Shown here: piece after piece, positions 19,346-29,905 of the stretch
Position numbering within the stretch: position 1 is the first letter of the stretch
Layout of the letters: each line of letters starts with the position of its first letter
NCBI GenBank assembly: GCA_051010055.1
Contig: JBPCVY010000044.1
Coordinates: forward strand, 3,634 to 67,633
Direction of reading: 5' to 3'
Origin: Hyphomicrobiales bacterium
GTDB taxonomy: Bacteria > Pseudomonadota > Alphaproteobacteria > Rhizobiales > CAJQND01
Length of the DNA stretch: 64,000 bases
Program-made: the position numbers and the translations under genes
The notes under the pieces: model-generated
Database searches by the model: none
What the model saw: the letters and a program-made list of their open reading frames with translations, nothing else
Told to the model about the DNA's origin: nothing

Positions 19346-20026
19346 ATGATTACCCTTGCTTTTGATACCACGCTGGATGTGTGTTCCGTTGCCATTCTTG
19401 ACGCAACTGCCGGCGCGGTTATGGCCGAGCGTCACCAGTTGATGCAGCGCGGCCATGCAGAGGTTCTGCACACGCTCATCGGCGCGGCGCTGAAAGAGGC
19501 TCAAATCGGTTTTGATGACCTTGAGCGGATAGCGGTTACCGCCGGGCCCGGCACGTTCACCGGTTCGCGCATTGGTGTTGCCGCCGCAAGGGGGTTTGCG
19601 TTGACATTGAAAATTCCAGTGAGCGGTATTTCCACTCTAATGGCCCTGGCGGCAAACGCCATAGATGGCAATGCCCGGCCCGTGATGGCAGCACTTGATG
19701 CCCGCCGCGGCCAGGCCTATGCGGCGCTTTATTCAGCGGCCCTTGAAGAGCTGACCGCACCGGTGGCCATCAATCTTGATGACATCGGCACCAGTGCACC
19801 TGATGAGCCCTTCACTGTGCTCGGCTCTGCACGCGAGCAGATTTCTGAAATGTGCAGCAAGGCCATTGTCTTTTCAGGTGAACAATTACCGCGGGCTGCG
19901 GTGTGGGGGTTCGCAGCAGCAAAAACCACTGCCAGCGAAACACCGCCATTGCCCCTTTATTTGCGCCCCCCTGATGCAAAGCCGCCGGCAAAAAGCGCGA
20001 GCATTGCCCGGGCAACCCCCGAATGA
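19346..20026 (+). CDS. tsaB: tRNA t6A37 threonylcarbamoyl-transfer protein TsaB
   Basis: In-frame ATG at 19346 gives MITLAFDTTLDVCSVAIL, typical of TsaB/YeaZ. The track ORF's upstream extension overlaps the MFS gene antisense. Confidence 0.8.
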   Translation: MITLAFDTTLDVCSVAILDATAGAVMAERHQLMQRGHAEVLHTLIGAALKEAQIGFDDLERIAVTAGPGTFTGSRIGVAAARGFALTLKIPVSGISTLMALAANAIDGNARPVMAALDARRGQAYAALYSAALEELTAPVAINLDDIGTSAPDEPFTVLGSAREQISEMCSKAIVFSGEQLPRAAVWGFAAAKTTASETPPLPLYLRPPDAKPPAKSASIARATPE

Positions 20027-20466
20027 CACTGGTTGAAAAGGCAGGCGCTGCCCACGTACCGGTGCTGGCCGCACTGCACGCAGCCTCCTTTGATGCGCCG
20101 TGGAGTGAGGAAGAGTTTGCAAAGCTTCTAAACCTTGCGGGCGCCGATTGCCTCATTGCAAGGCACGACAGCCAACCGACAGGGTTCATTCTTGCGCAGA
20201 GGGTAGCTGAGGAAGCTGAAATTATCACAATCTGCGTGCTGCCAGAGCTGAGGCAAAAGGGAATTGGCGCAGAACTTGTGACCGCGATTGGAAATTCCAA
20301 CGCCGGTTTAAAGAAAATATTCATTGAAGTGGATGAAACCAACACAGCCGGACTTGCGCTTTACCGCGCCTTGGGATTTACCCGTACCGGTGTGCGCAAA
20401 GACTATTATCGCCAGCAGGACGGCACCCGTTCAGATGCGCTGATGATGACGCTGGCGCTTGACTAA
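20023..20466 (+). CDS. rimI: Ribosomal-protein-alanine N-acetyltransferase (GNAT)
   Basis: 147-aa GNAT fold (RQKGIGAELV acetyl-CoA motif). ATGA overlap with tsaB matches the conserved tsaB-rimI pairing. Confidence 0.75.
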   Translation: MTLVEKAGAAHVPVLAALHAASFDAPWSEEEFAKLLNLAGADCLIARHDSQPTGFILAQRVAEEAEIITICVLPELRQKGIGAELVTAIGNSNAGLKKIFIEVDETNTAGLALYRALGFTRTGVRKDYYRQQDGTRSDALMMTLALD

Positions 20467-20505
20467 ACAGCCTGATAAAAGGGCGCCGTGCAGGAGAAGA
20501 CTGAT

Positions 20506-21093
20506 ATGCGCACAGCAAAATTGAAACGCGATACAAACGAGACCCAAATCTCCGTCGAACTTAATCTCGACGGCACCGGCGCTTATGACGTCAAAACCGG
20601 GATTGGCTTTCTCGACCATATGCTTGAACAGCTTTCGCGCCACTCGCTCATTGATTTGAAAGTGCGCGCCAAGGGCGACTTGCATATCGATATGCACCAC
20701 ACCACCGAAGATACCGGCATTGCCATTGGCCAGGCGTTTGCAAAAGCGCTGGGCGATAAAAAGGGCATCCGCCGTTATGCCAGCCAGCTTTTGCCGATGG
20801 ACGAGGCGCTCACCCGCGTGGCGCTTGATATTTCTGGTCGACCCTACCTCATCTGGGATGTGGAATTCTCCCGCCCGAAACTGGGCGATATGGATACCGA
20901 GCTTTTCCGTGAATGGTTCCAGGCTTTTGCCCAGAATGCCGGCATTACGCTTCATATTGCCAATGAGTATGGTGACAATAACCACCACATTGTCGAGACA
21001 TGCTATAAGGCGCTTGCCCGCGCATTGCGTGAGGCGGTTGAAATTGACCCACGCCGGGCAGGCGATGTGCCTTCAACAAAGGGCTCTTTGTGA
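20506..21093 (+). CDS. hisB: Imidazoleglycerol-phosphate dehydratase
   Basis: Motifs [16 protein letters not shown] and [12 protein letters not shown]. The ATG at 20506 is preceded by AGGAGA. Confidence 0.92.
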   Translation: MRTAKLKRDTNETQISVELNLDGTGAYDVKTGIGFLDHMLEQLSRHSLIDLKVRAKGDLHIDMHHTTEDTGIAIGQAFAKALGDKKGIRRYASQLLPMDEALTRVALDISGRPYLIWDVEFSRPKLGDMDTELFREWFQAFAQNAGITLHIANEYGDNNHHIVETCYKALARALREAVEIDPRRAGDVPSTKGSL

Positions 21094-21100
21094 GGACGAG

Positions 21101-21592
21101 ATGAAAACCTACACCGTCCATCATCCAACCGGATATGCTGATGAAATTGCGGCACGGCCGGAAAAACTGGTGTTCGTGCCTGAGGCTTTCAGCTGGCTGG
21201 CGCTGATTATTCCGTTTTTCTGGCTGCTGTTTCAGCGCCTGTGGATTGTTGCGGCTATCTATTTCTCCATCGTGGTAGTTTTGAGTGCTGTTGCAGTATC
21301 GCTGAACCTTTCCAGCTGGGCCACGCTTGTTCTGAATGCCGGCCTGCATTTGTTCATGGGGCTGGAGGGCAATGGCCTGAGGCGTTGGGCGCTGCAACGG
21401 CGTGGCTACAAAATGATTGATATTGTTAATGGTAAGACCAAGGCTGATTGCGAAGTGGCCTTTTTCCGGCGCCTTGCAGAGCGCGAAAATTCTCCACGCC
21501 AGAAAAGGCCCGCCGACGCGCCACCCTTGCAAAAGCTTGGTACGGCATCGGGAGATAATGGCCTGTTTCCCGTGACCGGGGGCGATGCATGA
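21101..21592 (+). CDS. DUF2628-like small membrane protein embedded in his cluster
   Basis: 163 aa, two TM segments (LALIIPFFWLLFQRLWIVAAIYF...). It sits between hisB and hisH as in many alphaproteobacteria. The in-frame ATG at 21101 lies 7 nt after the hisB stop. Confidence 0.6.
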   Translation: MKTYTVHHPTGYADEIAARPEKLVFVPEAFSWLALIIPFFWLLFQRLWIVAAIYFSIVVVLSAVAVSLNLSSWATLVLNAGLHLFMGLEGNGLRRWALQRRGYKMIDIVNGKTKADCEVAFFRRLAERENSPRQKRPADAPPLQKLGTASGDNGLFPVTGGDA

Positions 21593-22239
21593 TCGTTACA
21601 ATCGTTGACTACGGCTTGGGAAATCTTCACTCGGCCTCAAAGGCGTTCGCCCGCGCCGCACGCGAGGCCGGGATAGGTGCCGAAATTCTGGTAACGCCGA
21701 ACCCGGAAGATGTGCGCCGGGCCGATAGGATTGTCTTACCGGGGGTCGGCGCGTTCGCCGATTGCAAAGCCGGCCTTACCGCTCTGCCGGGCATGTGGGA
21801 GACCTTGCAAGAGCAGGTGCATGATGTGGCAAAGCCGTTCATGGGTATTTGCGTTGGCATGCAGCTTTTGGCCGACCGCGGCCTTGAATTTGGCAAAACT
21901 GAAGGCTTTGGCTGGATCAAGGGTGAGGTGAAAGCCATCGAGCCAAACGATATGTCGTGCAAAATTCCCCATATGGGCTGGAACACATTGCGCCAGATGC
22001 GCCCGCACGAAGTGCTTGACAGCATCCGCACCGGTTATGACGGGCTGCACGCCTATTTCGTGCATTCCTATAATTTCGTTTGCAAAAATGAAGCCGATAT
22101 TGTTGCCGTATCCGAGTATGGCGGGCCGGTAACCGCAATGATTGCCCGGGACAATATGATCGCCAGCCAGTTTCATCCGGAAAAAAGCCAGAAGCTCGGA
22201 CTGACGTTCATTGCTAATTTTCTAAGGTGGATGCCGTGA
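21589..22239 (+). CDS. hisH: Imidazole glycerol phosphate synthase, glutaminase subunit
   Basis: [16 protein letters not shown] (nucleophile Cys) and FVHSY motifs. ATGA overlap with the upstream gene. Confidence 0.92.
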   Translation: MIVTIVDYGLGNLHSASKAFARAAREAGIGAEILVTPNPEDVRRADRIVLPGVGAFADCKAGLTALPGMWETLQEQVHDVAKPFMGICVGMQLLADRGLEFGKTEGFGWIKGEVKAIEPNDMSCKIPHMGWNTLRQMRPHEVLDSIRTGYDGLHAYFVHSYNFVCKNEADIVAVSEYGGPVTAMIARDNMIASQFHPEKSQKLGLTFIANFLRWMP

Positions 22240-22976
22240 TTTTGTTTCCTGCAATTGATTTGAAAGACGGCGAGTGCGTGCGCCTGAAACTTGGCGACAT
22301 GGACCAGGCAACCGTGTTCAACGATAACCCGGCCGCCCAGGCAGCATCTTTTGAACGCGAGGGTTTTGAGTATCTGCATATTGTCGATCTCAACGGCGCA
22401 TTTGCCGGAAAGCCCGTAAACGGCGATGCGGTGGAAGCCATATTGGGTGCAATATCCATCCCCGCTCAGCTTGGCGGTGGCATTCGCGATCTTGAAACCA
22501 TCGCCATGTGGCTTGAAAAGGGTATTTCCCGCGTCATCTTGGGCACCATTGCCGTCCGCGAACCGGCGCTTGTTAAAGAGGCCAGTAAGGACTTTCCCGG
22601 CAAGATTGCCATGGGCATTGATGCCAAGGGCGGCAAGGTAGCCGTGGAAGGCTGGGCGGAAACATCCGAACTCACGGCCATTGATCTTGCCCGCCAGTTT
22701 GAAGATGCAGGTGTTGCAGCCATCATCTACACCGACATTGACAGGGACGGTGTTTTGAAAGGCCTGAACATTCCTTCAACTCTTGCTCTTGCCGATGCGG
22801 TTTCCATTCCGGTTATCGCATCTGGCGGTCTTGCCTCCATGGACGATATTGAACGCCTGGTGGAGCCGGATTGCACCAAGCTTGAAGGCGCAATTTCCGG
22901 CCGCGCCCTTTATGATGGGCGACTGGATCCGGACGAGGCGCTCGCCCTCATCCGGAAAAGGCGGGAGATGGCCTGA
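22227..22976 (+). CDS. hisA: ProFAR isomerase
   Basis: [16 protein letters not shown]-terminus and SGGL phosphate-binding motifs. The start could be the GTG at 22236. Confidence 0.92.
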   Translation: MDAVILFPAIDLKDGECVRLKLGDMDQATVFNDNPAAQAASFEREGFEYLHIVDLNGAFAGKPVNGDAVEAILGAISIPAQLGGGIRDLETIAMWLEKGISRVILGTIAVREPALVKEASKDFPGKIAMGIDAKGGKVAVEGWAETSELTAIDLARQFEDAGVAAIIYTDIDRDGVLKGLNIPSTLALADAVSIPVIASGGLASMDDIERLVEPDCTKLEGAISGRALYDGRLDPDEALALIRKRREMA

Positions 22977-23749
22977 TGCTGAAAGCCCGCGTCATCCCCT
23001 GCCTGGATGTGAAAGATGGCCGTGTGGTCAAGGGCGTCAACTTTGTTGATTTGCGCGATGCGGGCGATCCAGTCGATGCGGCCATGGCCTATGATGCAGC
23101 CGGTGCAGACGAATTGTGTTTTCTCGACATCACCGCCAGCCATGAAAACCGGGATGTCATTTTCGATGTAGTGAGCCAGACCGCGGAGCATTGCTTCATG
23201 CCGCTCACGGTTGGCGGCGGCGTGCGCTCAGTGGAAGATGTGCGCAAGCTCCTTCTTGCCGGGGCTGACAAGGTTTCCATTAATACCGCTGCCGTGCGTA
23301 ATCCGGATTTGGTAAGGCAGGCGGCAGAAAAGTTCGGTACGCAATGCATTGTTGTTGCAATTGACGCCAAGCAGGTGTCAGGCGTGGGCGAGCCCAAGAG
23401 ATGGGAGATTTTCACCCATGGCGGGCGCGAGCCGACAGGCATTGACGCCATTGAATTTGCCAAAAAGGTTGCAAAGCTCGGTGCAGGCGAGATCCTTCTC
23501 ACCTCTATGGACCGCGACGGCACAGGTGATGGGTTCAACATTGAACTGACGAGAGCCATTTCCGATGCGGTGCGCATTCCGGTGATTGCATCAGGCGGTG
23601 TTGGCAATCTTGACCATCTTGTCCAAGGCATTCGCGATGGCGGCGCAACTGCCGTTTTGGCTGCATCGATATTTCATTTCGGCACCTATTCCATTGCCGA
23701 AGCCAAAGAACACATGGCGCGTGCCGGTGTCCCTGTAAGGCTTGACTAA
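22976..23749 (+). CDS. hisF: Imidazole glycerol phosphate synthase, cyclase subunit
   Basis: [16 protein letters not shown] and SIFHF motifs. The start overlaps the hisA stop (TGATG). Confidence 0.95.
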   Translation: MLKARVIPCLDVKDGRVVKGVNFVDLRDAGDPVDAAMAYDAAGADELCFLDITASHENRDVIFDVVSQTAEHCFMPLTVGGGVRSVEDVRKLLLAGADKVSINTAAVRNPDLVRQAAEKFGTQCIVVAIDAKQVSGVGEPKRWEIFTHGGREPTGIDAIEFAKKVAKLGAGEILLTSMDRDGTGDGFNIELTRAISDAVRIPVIASGGVGNLDHLVQGIRDGGATAVLAASIFHFGTYSIAEAKEHMARAGVPVRLD

Positions 23750-23889
23750 ACACGCATATGAATTTTCTGATATTTATACTTTGAGCGCATGGTGCATTAT
23801 TCGCAAAATTGTTAGATCAGCATCCACTTCAATAAAATTGGAGAAAGTTGATCGGCTTCGATGATAAGCACTTCGCCGGGATTGGGATT

Positions 23890-24240
23890 ATGGACCTGAA
23901 AGACAAATCAAACGTGGAAGTGCTTGGCGAACTTGCGTGCACCATCAATGCGCGGCGCACCGAGGATGCAGCATCATCCTATACCGCCTCTCTTTTGCAT
24001 AAGGGGGTTGAGGCTTGCGCAAAAAAGTTTGGCGAAGAAGCCGTAGAGCTTGCGCTGGCGTCGGTTTCGGGAGACGGCAAACACGTTCAGGCAGAAGCAG
24101 CCGATGTGCTTTACCATCTGCTGGTTCTCTTGGAGGCTTCAGATGTGTCCCTGAACGATGTTCTGGCAGAACTTGCCCGCCGCCAGGGAACAAGCGGGCA
24201 TGTAGAAAAAGCGGCCCGCGCCAAGGGCAAGGGAGGATGA
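23890..24240 (+). CDS. hisE: Phosphoribosyl-ATP pyrophosphatase
   Basis: SYTASLL...KKFGEEAVE...[13 protein letters not shown] are MazG-like HisE motifs. The ATG at 23890 gives 116 aa. There is an alternative TTG at 23848 with GGAGAAAG just upstream. Confidence 0.8.
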   Translation: MDLKDKSNVEVLGELACTINARRTEDAASSYTASLLHKGVEACAKKFGEEAVELALASVSGDGKHVQAEAADVLYHLLVLLEASDVSLNDVLAELARRQGTSGHVEKAARAKGKGG

Positions 24241-24250
24241 AGGAAACGTC

Positions 24251-25204
24251 ATGACGCAACGTCCGGACAGCCGTCCTTCGCCGTTCCGCGAGTTTGACCG
24301 CGCGGCCTGGGCGAAGCTGCGTGCGGACACGCCCATGACGCTTGCAGAAGAAGATTTGGAAAACTTGCGCGGCCTGAACGAGCAGGTTTCCATGGAAGAG
24401 GTGGCCGATATTTACCTGCCTCTATCCCGGCTTCTCAGCCTTTATGTTGAATCGGCTCAGGACCTGTTCCAGGACACATTGAAATTCCTCGGCGGCAATG
24501 GCGCCAAGGTGCCCTATGTCATCGGCATGGGGGGCTCGGTTGCGGTGGGCAAGTCTACCACCGCACGCATATTGCGGGCGCTTCTTGCCCGCTGGCCAAA
24601 CCATCCGAAAGTAAGCCTTCTTACAACGGATGGATTTTTATGGCCAAACCAGGAACTTGAAAACCGCGGTATCTTGAACCGCAAAGGTTTTCCGGAAAGC
24701 TACAATGTTTCCCACCTTCTGCGGGTTCTTTCTGAAATCAAGGCGGGACGTAGGGAAGTCAAGGCCCCGGTTTATTCCCATCTCTCCTACGATATCGTTC
24801 CGAGCAAAACGGTAGCCTTCGACCGGCCTGACATTTTGATTGTTGAGGGCCTCAACGTACTGCTTACCGGTGATGCACCCTATGACGGCAAGGCGGTGCC
24901 GTTCGTTTCCGACTTTTTCGACTTTGCGGTTTTCATGCATGCTGATGAGGAAGATTTGCGGAAGTGGTATGTCGAGCGCTTTTTCAGACTGCGTGAAACA
25001 GCCTTTCAGGATCCAAAGTCCTATTTCCACCGCTATTCAACGCTTACCGATGATGTGGCCTACGAGATTGCCAACAATATCTGGGAATCCATCAACCTGG
25101 TGAACTTGCGCGAGAATGTGCTGCCCACTCGGCACCGGGCGGATTTGATTTTGCACAAATCATCAAACCACGCCATTGAGACGGTAATGCTGCGCAAGCT
25201 TTAG
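24251..25204 (+). CDS. coaA: Type I pantothenate kinase
   Basis: 317 aa with P-loop [15 protein letters not shown] and the TTDGFL motif. Confidence 0.9.
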   Translation: MTQRPDSRPSPFREFDRAAWAKLRADTPMTLAEEDLENLRGLNEQVSMEEVADIYLPLSRLLSLYVESAQDLFQDTLKFLGGNGAKVPYVIGMGGSVAVGKSTTARILRALLARWPNHPKVSLLTTDGFLWPNQELENRGILNRKGFPESYNVSHLLRVLSEIKAGRREVKAPVYSHLSYDIVPSKTVAFDRPDILIVEGLNVLLTGDAPYDGKAVPFVSDFFDFAVFMHADEEDLRKWYVERFFRLRETAFQDPKSYFHRYSTLTDDVAYEIANNIWESINLVNLRENVLPTRHRADLILHKSSNHAIETVMLRKL

Positions 25205-25210
25205 GCCGGT

Positions 25211-26206
25211 TTATGCAAGTCCTTGCTGTTGTGCAAGTTCATGCAATGGTACTTCCGGGCGCGCACCCACGTGGGAAATCACCTCTGATGCAGCCAGCAC
25301 GCCGAGCCTGGCGCAATTCTCAGCATCGCGCCCGTTTGTGAGGCCAAACAGGAAGCCTGCAGCAAACAAGTCCCCGGCGCCGGTAGCATCAACGAGTTTC
25401 TCAATAGGCACTGCCGGAACATGGATGATCTCATCCCCGTTCACCACAACACAGCCCTTTTCAGAGCGGGTGAGCGCGCCAAGTTCACAATCCTGGCGCA
25501 CGGCGGCAAGGGCGGCGTCAAAATCATCCACCTGGTAAAGCGCCATGATTTCTGCCTCGTTTGCGAAAAGAATATCCACATGGCCGCGCACCAGATCGAG
25601 AAATTCCGGACGGTGGCGCTCAACGCAGAAAAGATCAGACAATGTGAGCGAGACCTTCCGGCCCGCCGCCTTGGCAATTGCGCCAGCTTCGTGGAATGCC
25701 CGCATTGCGGGTTCCTTATCGAACAGATAACCCTCCATATAGGTTATCTGCGCCGCTTCAATCTGTTCTTTGTTCAAGTCTTCAGGCCCAAGGTTCACGC
25801 AGGCGCCAAGATAAGTGTTCATGGTGCGCTCACCGTCAGGGGTAATGAAAATGATGCATCGCGCGGTCGCAGGACCGTCTGTTGCAACACCGGTGTCAAA
25901 GGTTACTCCGGCAGCGCGGATATCGTGGCTGAACACACCGCCCAGCTGATCATCGCGCACCTTGCCCGTATAGGCCGCATCGCCACCAAATGAGGCAATG
26001 CCTGCAATCGTGTTTGCCGCCGAGCCGCCGGAGACCTCGATTGCAGGTCCTGTTTCGGCGTAAAGGCTTTCCGCGCGCTCCTCGTCGATAAGGTTCATCG
26101 CGCCTTTGGAAATACCCCTCAAATTGAGATATTCGTCATCTGCATGGGACAAAATATCGACAATGGCATTTCCAATGCCGAGTACATCGAACTGGGAGTT
26201 GGTCAA
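25211..26206 (-). CDS. PfkB-family carbohydrate/nucleoside kinase (adenosine kinase-like)
   Basis: N-terminal DVLGIGNAIVD and C-terminal DATGAGDLFAAGF PfkB signature. The TTG start is preceded by AGGAA. Confidence 0.75.
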   Translation of the reverse strand: MTNSQFDVLGIGNAIVDILSHADDEYLNLRGISKGAMNLIDEERAESLYAETGPAIEVSGGSAANTIAGIASFGGDAAYTGKVRDDQLGGVFSHDIRAAGVTFDTGVATDGPATARCIIFITPDGERTMNTYLGACVNLGPEDLNKEQIEAAQITYMEGYLFDKEPAMRAFHEAGAIAKAAGRKVSLTLSDLFCVERHRPEFLDLVRGHVDILFANEAEIMALYQVDDFDAALAAVRQDCELGALTRSEKGCVVVNGDEIIHVPAVPIEKLVDATGAGDLFAAGFLFGLTNGRDAENCARLGVLAASEVISHVGARPEVPLHELAQQQGLA

Positions 26207-26375
26207 AGTGAAATTCCTGCACGGTGTAAAATTTTGCGGCGACTATACCGATTGCACACTGCGGCGCAAGCGCCATTCATTGAAATCGGGACCGAGACAC
26301 ATTTCCTCGCAAACCACCTTGCCATTCTCTCTACCAATCACTAGTTAAGCCAGCAAAACCAAATGGATAAAAATC

Positions 26376-27065
26376 ATGTTTTCTGCCGCCAGCAAAGCAT
26401 TTGAGCAAATGTTTTCACCGCCCTTCCGCAAGGTGTTGCTGAAGGCGCTTGGGCTCACTTTTGTATTGTTCTTCGCATTGGGGCTGGGCGTGCAGCTGTT
26501 GCTGGCCTCCTTTACCTTCTCCAGCACCGACTGGATTGACACCACCGCCAGCTGGGCAACCGGCATTGGTGCGTTCTTCATATTCATGGTTGCCAGCCTT
26601 TATCTGATGGGCCCTGTTACCGCGGTTTTCGCCGGTATTTTTCTGGACGATATCGCCGAACGGGTTGAAAAGGTTCACTATGCCGGAGATGCGCCGGGCA
26701 CTGCGGTGCCGATTGGCCCGTCAATGCTGATGGCGCTGCAATTTGCCATCATTGTTTTGCTGGTGCATATCGCCATGGTGCCGTTTCTGTTTGTCGGCCT
26801 TGGCGCAATCGGGTTGATTATTTCAAACGCCTACCTTTTGGGCCGGGAATTTTTCGAGTTGACGGGAATGCGTCATTTATCCCGTGGTGAGGCGAAGGAT
26901 TTGCGCCGGCGCAACGCAGGGCGGGTTTTTGCAGCCGGCCTTGCCCCGGCAGCGCTTGCCCTGGTGCCTCTTGGAAACATTCTGGTGCCGATTTTCACAA
27001 CCGCCTATATGACCCACATTTTCAAAACAGTTCAGCGAGACGACGCCTCTGCTTCTGAGGCCTAA
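26376..27065 (+). CDS. EI24/CysZ-like integral membrane protein
   Basis: 229 aa with 4-5 TM segments. This is a family-level resemblance only. Confidence 0.5.
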   Translation: MFSAASKAFEQMFSPPFRKVLLKALGLTFVLFFALGLGVQLLLASFTFSSTDWIDTTASWATGIGAFFIFMVASLYLMGPVTAVFAGIFLDDIAERVEKVHYAGDAPGTAVPIGPSMLMALQFAIIVLLVHIAMVPFLFVGLGAIGLIISNAYLLGREFFELTGMRHLSRGEAKDLRRRNAGRVFAAGLAPAALALVPLGNILVPIFTTAYMTHIFKTVQRDDASASEA

Positions 27066-27712
27066 ACAGTTTTTTCCTTCGACTTGCACAAATCATAAAC
27101 AACGCAAACCGCACAGTCCGGTTTGCGGGCCTTGCAGATATAGCGGCCATGCAAGATGAGCCAGTGATGGGCATGGAGCTTGAAGTGAGCGGGAATGATT
27201 TTCTCTAGCTTGCGCTCAACCTCGACAACATCTTTGCCCGGCGCCAGTCCGGTGCGGTTGCCGATGCGGAAAATATGGGTATCGACCGCAATAGTCGGAT
27301 GGCCAAACGCAATATTGAGCACAACATTTGCCGTCTTGCGGCCAACACCGGGAAGGGCCTCCAGCGCCTCGCGAATTTCCGGCACCTTGCTGTCATGCTC
27401 GTTGATCAGCTTTTGCGAAAGCGCAACAACATTCTTTGCCTTGTTGCGGTATAGGCCAATGGTTTTGATGTAGTCGCGCACCGTACTTTCACCGAGCGCC
27501 ACCATTTTCTCAGGGGTATCAGCCACCGCAAACAATGGCCCGGTGGCCTTGTTAACGCCCTCATCGGTTGCCTGCGCTGAAAGAACCACCGCCACCAGCA
27601 GTGTGTAGGCGTTCACATAATCAAGCTCGCCTATTGGTTCAGGCCTTTCCGCCTGAAGCCGTGCAAAGAACTCTTCAATTTCCGCCCGGGTGAGTTTTGA
27701 AAGCCGCGCCAT
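27062..27712 (-). CDS. nth: Endonuclease III
   Basis: HhH motif LPGVGRKTANVV and the C-terminal 4Fe-4S cluster pattern C-x6-C-x2-C-x5-C (CKARKPDCAVCVVYDLC). The ATG at 27712 is preferred. Confidence 0.9.
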   Translation of the reverse strand: MARLSKLTRAEIEEFFARLQAERPEPIGELDYVNAYTLLVAVVLSAQATDEGVNKATGPLFAVADTPEKMVALGESTVRDYIKTIGLYRNKAKNVVALSQKLINEHDSKVPEIREALEALPGVGRKTANVVLNIAFGHPTIAVDTHIFRIGNRTGLAPGKDVVEVERKLEKIIPAHFKLHAHHWLILHGRYICKARKPDCAVCVVYDLCKSKEKTV

Positions 27713-27812
27713 CTGATCATCTTTTGTGGTTATTCCATAACAACGCAAAGTGAACGGGCTCAGTCAAACGTTTGATTGCACTTTTCCCGGCTATTCCGGC
27801 TATAATTCGCTG

Positions 27813-28307
27813 ATGGCGCAAGAATTGGAAAAAACCGCCGAGCCAGAATTTTCCGCAGTTTTGCGGCCGCACCGCTCCCTTGGCCGCCCGGGCTTCATCA
27901 TTTTGATGAGCGCCATTGGTATTGTCAGCTTTGTTGCCGGCATGGCGTTTCTCTACATGGGCGCCTGGCCGGTATTCGGTTTCTTCGGCCTTGATGCTGC
28001 ACTCATCTATTGGGCGTTCAAGCGCAATTATGCTGACGCAGAAGTGTTTGAAGCAGTCGAAATCCGCAATGGCGAGCTGATTGTGCGAAAAGGCGGAAGA
28101 AACCGGAAAACGCGCGAATGGCGCTTTCAAACCTTTTGGGTGCGGGTTGAGCTTGAACATAATGAGCATCTGGAAACGTTCGGCCCATTGTGGCTCACCT
28201 CCCACGGAAAGCGCCTGCAATTGGGCGCGTTTCTGGGCTCAGGCGAATTGCATGCCTTTTCCGAAGCGCTGTCTGGAGCACTGCGCCGTACAAAATTTGC
28301 AAATTGA
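27813..28307 (+). CDS. DUF2244-like two-TM membrane protein
   Basis: About 164 aa from the ATG at 27813. Two adjacent TM helices are followed by a soluble domain. No catalytic motif was recognised. Confidence 0.5.
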   Translation: MAQELEKTAEPEFSAVLRPHRSLGRPGFIILMSAIGIVSFVAGMAFLYMGAWPVFGFFGLDAALIYWAFKRNYADAEVFEAVEIRNGELIVRKGGRNRKTREWRFQTFWVRVELEHNEHLETFGPLWLTSHGKRLQLGAFLGSGELHAFSEALSGALRRTKFAN

Positions 28308-28363
28308 AGCCATCACAAGAAACGGGTGGCAGGATGCAAGGCCAGTGATTTAAGTTCGTAGTC

Positions 28364-29266
28364 ATGACACATGCACGCATAGACCAGATGGCGCTTGCCG
28401 CCCCGGAACCAGGCCCTGCAAATGACAATGCGCAGGACTATAACCATGTCCGTAACATAATTGCCCATTTGAGCGAAAATTGGCGCGACCAACCCTCTTT
28501 GGATGAGCTTGCCCGCAAGGCGGACTTGAGCCCGGCACATCTGCAAAAGCTGTTTACCCGCTGGGCCGGCATTTCACCGAAGGGATTTTTACAGGCAATT
28601 ACCTTGGATCATGCCCGCGATTTGCTTCGGGAAAGCACATCGGTGCTGGATACGGCATATGAGGTGGGATTGTCCGGGCCGGGCAGATTGCATGATTTAT
28701 TCGTTACCCATGAGGCCATGACGCCGGGCGCTTACAAGGCGCGCGGGTCCGGCCTTGAAATGGCCTACGGGTTCCACCCCTGCCAGTTCGGCACGGTGTT
28801 GCTGGTTGTGACAGACCTTGGCCTGGCCGGGCTTGGCTTTGCCGATGAAGGCGGTGAACGCGAAGCGCTGGAAGACATGATGAGCCGCTGGCCGGCGGCA
28901 AGTTTCGTACAAGACCTAAAACGCACCGAACCATTTGCCGAACGTATTTTCGACCCTACAAAGTGGAACAAGTCAGATCCATTGCGGGTCGTGCTAATTG
29001 GTTCTGAATTTGAGGTCGATGTTTGGCGTACATTGCTCCGTATTCCCACAGGCAAGGCGACAACCTATTCAGATATCGCGACCCACCTTGGCAAGGCGCC
29101 CGGCGCTGCCCGCGCTGTTGGCAGCGCGGTTGGCCGGAATCCGGTGTCTTTTGTGGTGCCATGCCACAGGGTGCTCGGCAAATCCGGTAAAATGTGTGGC
29201 TATCACTGGGGAATTACGCGCAAGCGCGCCATTCTCGGCTGGGAAGCCGGACTTGCTGCCTCTTAG
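28364..29266 (+). CDS. AraC-type HTH fused to methylated-DNA-protein-cysteine methyltransferase (Ada-like, lacking N-terminal Zn/Cys4 domain)
   Basis: AraC HTH region (LDELARKADLSPAHLQKLFTRWAGISPKGF) and a C-terminal MGMT domain with the PCHRV active site. Confidence 0.8.
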   Translation: MTHARIDQMALAAPEPGPANDNAQDYNHVRNIIAHLSENWRDQPSLDELARKADLSPAHLQKLFTRWAGISPKGFLQAITLDHARDLLRESTSVLDTAYEVGLSGPGRLHDLFVTHEAMTPGAYKARGSGLEMAYGFHPCQFGTVLLVVTDLGLAGLGFADEGGEREALEDMMSRWPAASFVQDLKRTEPFAERIFDPTKWNKSDPLRVVLIGSEFEVDVWRTLLRIPTGKATTYSDIATHLGKAPGAARAVGSAVGRNPVSFVVPCHRVLGKSGKMCGYHWGITRKRAILGWEAGLAAS

Positions 29267-29269
29267 AGA

Positions 29270-29887
29270 CTATTCGAGAACCTGTTTGTCCAAAATCGTG
29301 CCGTCCTCACCAAGCCGGTATACAATTGGCACGCCGGTTGCGACTTCGCGCGCGATAATTTCTTCAGCGCTTAAGCCCTCAAGGGACATGATAAGTGAGC
29401 GCAAGGAATTGCCGTGCGCCACTACAAGAATTTTTCTACCCTCATCAAGCAGCGGCTGAACATGTTTCTTAAAATATGGACGCACCCGCTCAGCAGTGTC
29501 CTTCAGGCTTTCCCCGCCCGGCGGCGGCACATCGAATGACCGGCGCCAGGCATGCACCTGCTCTTCGCCCCATTTGGCACGGGCATCATCTTTGTTGAGG
29601 CCTGAAAGATCACCATAATCACGCTCGTTCAGCGCCTGATCCTTGGTGGTCGGGAGGTCGTCGCGGCCAAGTTCGCCAAGAATAATGTCACATGTGTTTT
29701 GCGCCCGGATGAGGGCGCTTGTGAAAGCCTCATCGAACGGCACTCCGAGCGCCTTCAGTTTCTTTCCGGCCGAGTGGGCTTCCTCAACCCCTTTTTCCGT
29801 CAGGCCCGGGTCGCGCCAGCCGGTAAACAGGTTCTTGAGGTTCCATTCGCTTTGTCCGTGGCGGACGAGCACCAGAAGGCTTTCCAT
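29270..29887 (-). CDS. gpmA: 2,3-bisphosphoglycerate-dependent phosphoglycerate mutase
   Basis: [12 protein letters not shown] catalytic His motif and a later AHGNSLR motif. An alternative GTG start lies at 29902. Confidence 0.88.
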   Translation of the reverse strand: MESLLVLVRHGQSEWNLKNLFTGWRDPGLTEKGVEEAHSAGKKLKALGVPFDEAFTSALIRAQNTCDIILGELGRDDLPTTKDQALNERDYGDLSGLNKDDARAKWGEEQVHAWRRSFDVPPPGGESLKDTAERVRPYFKKHVQPLLDEGRKILVVAHGNSLRSLIMSLEGLSAEEIIAREVATGVPIVYRLGEDGTILDKQVLE

Positions 29888-29905
29888 AAGCGTGAGTTCC
29901 ACAAT

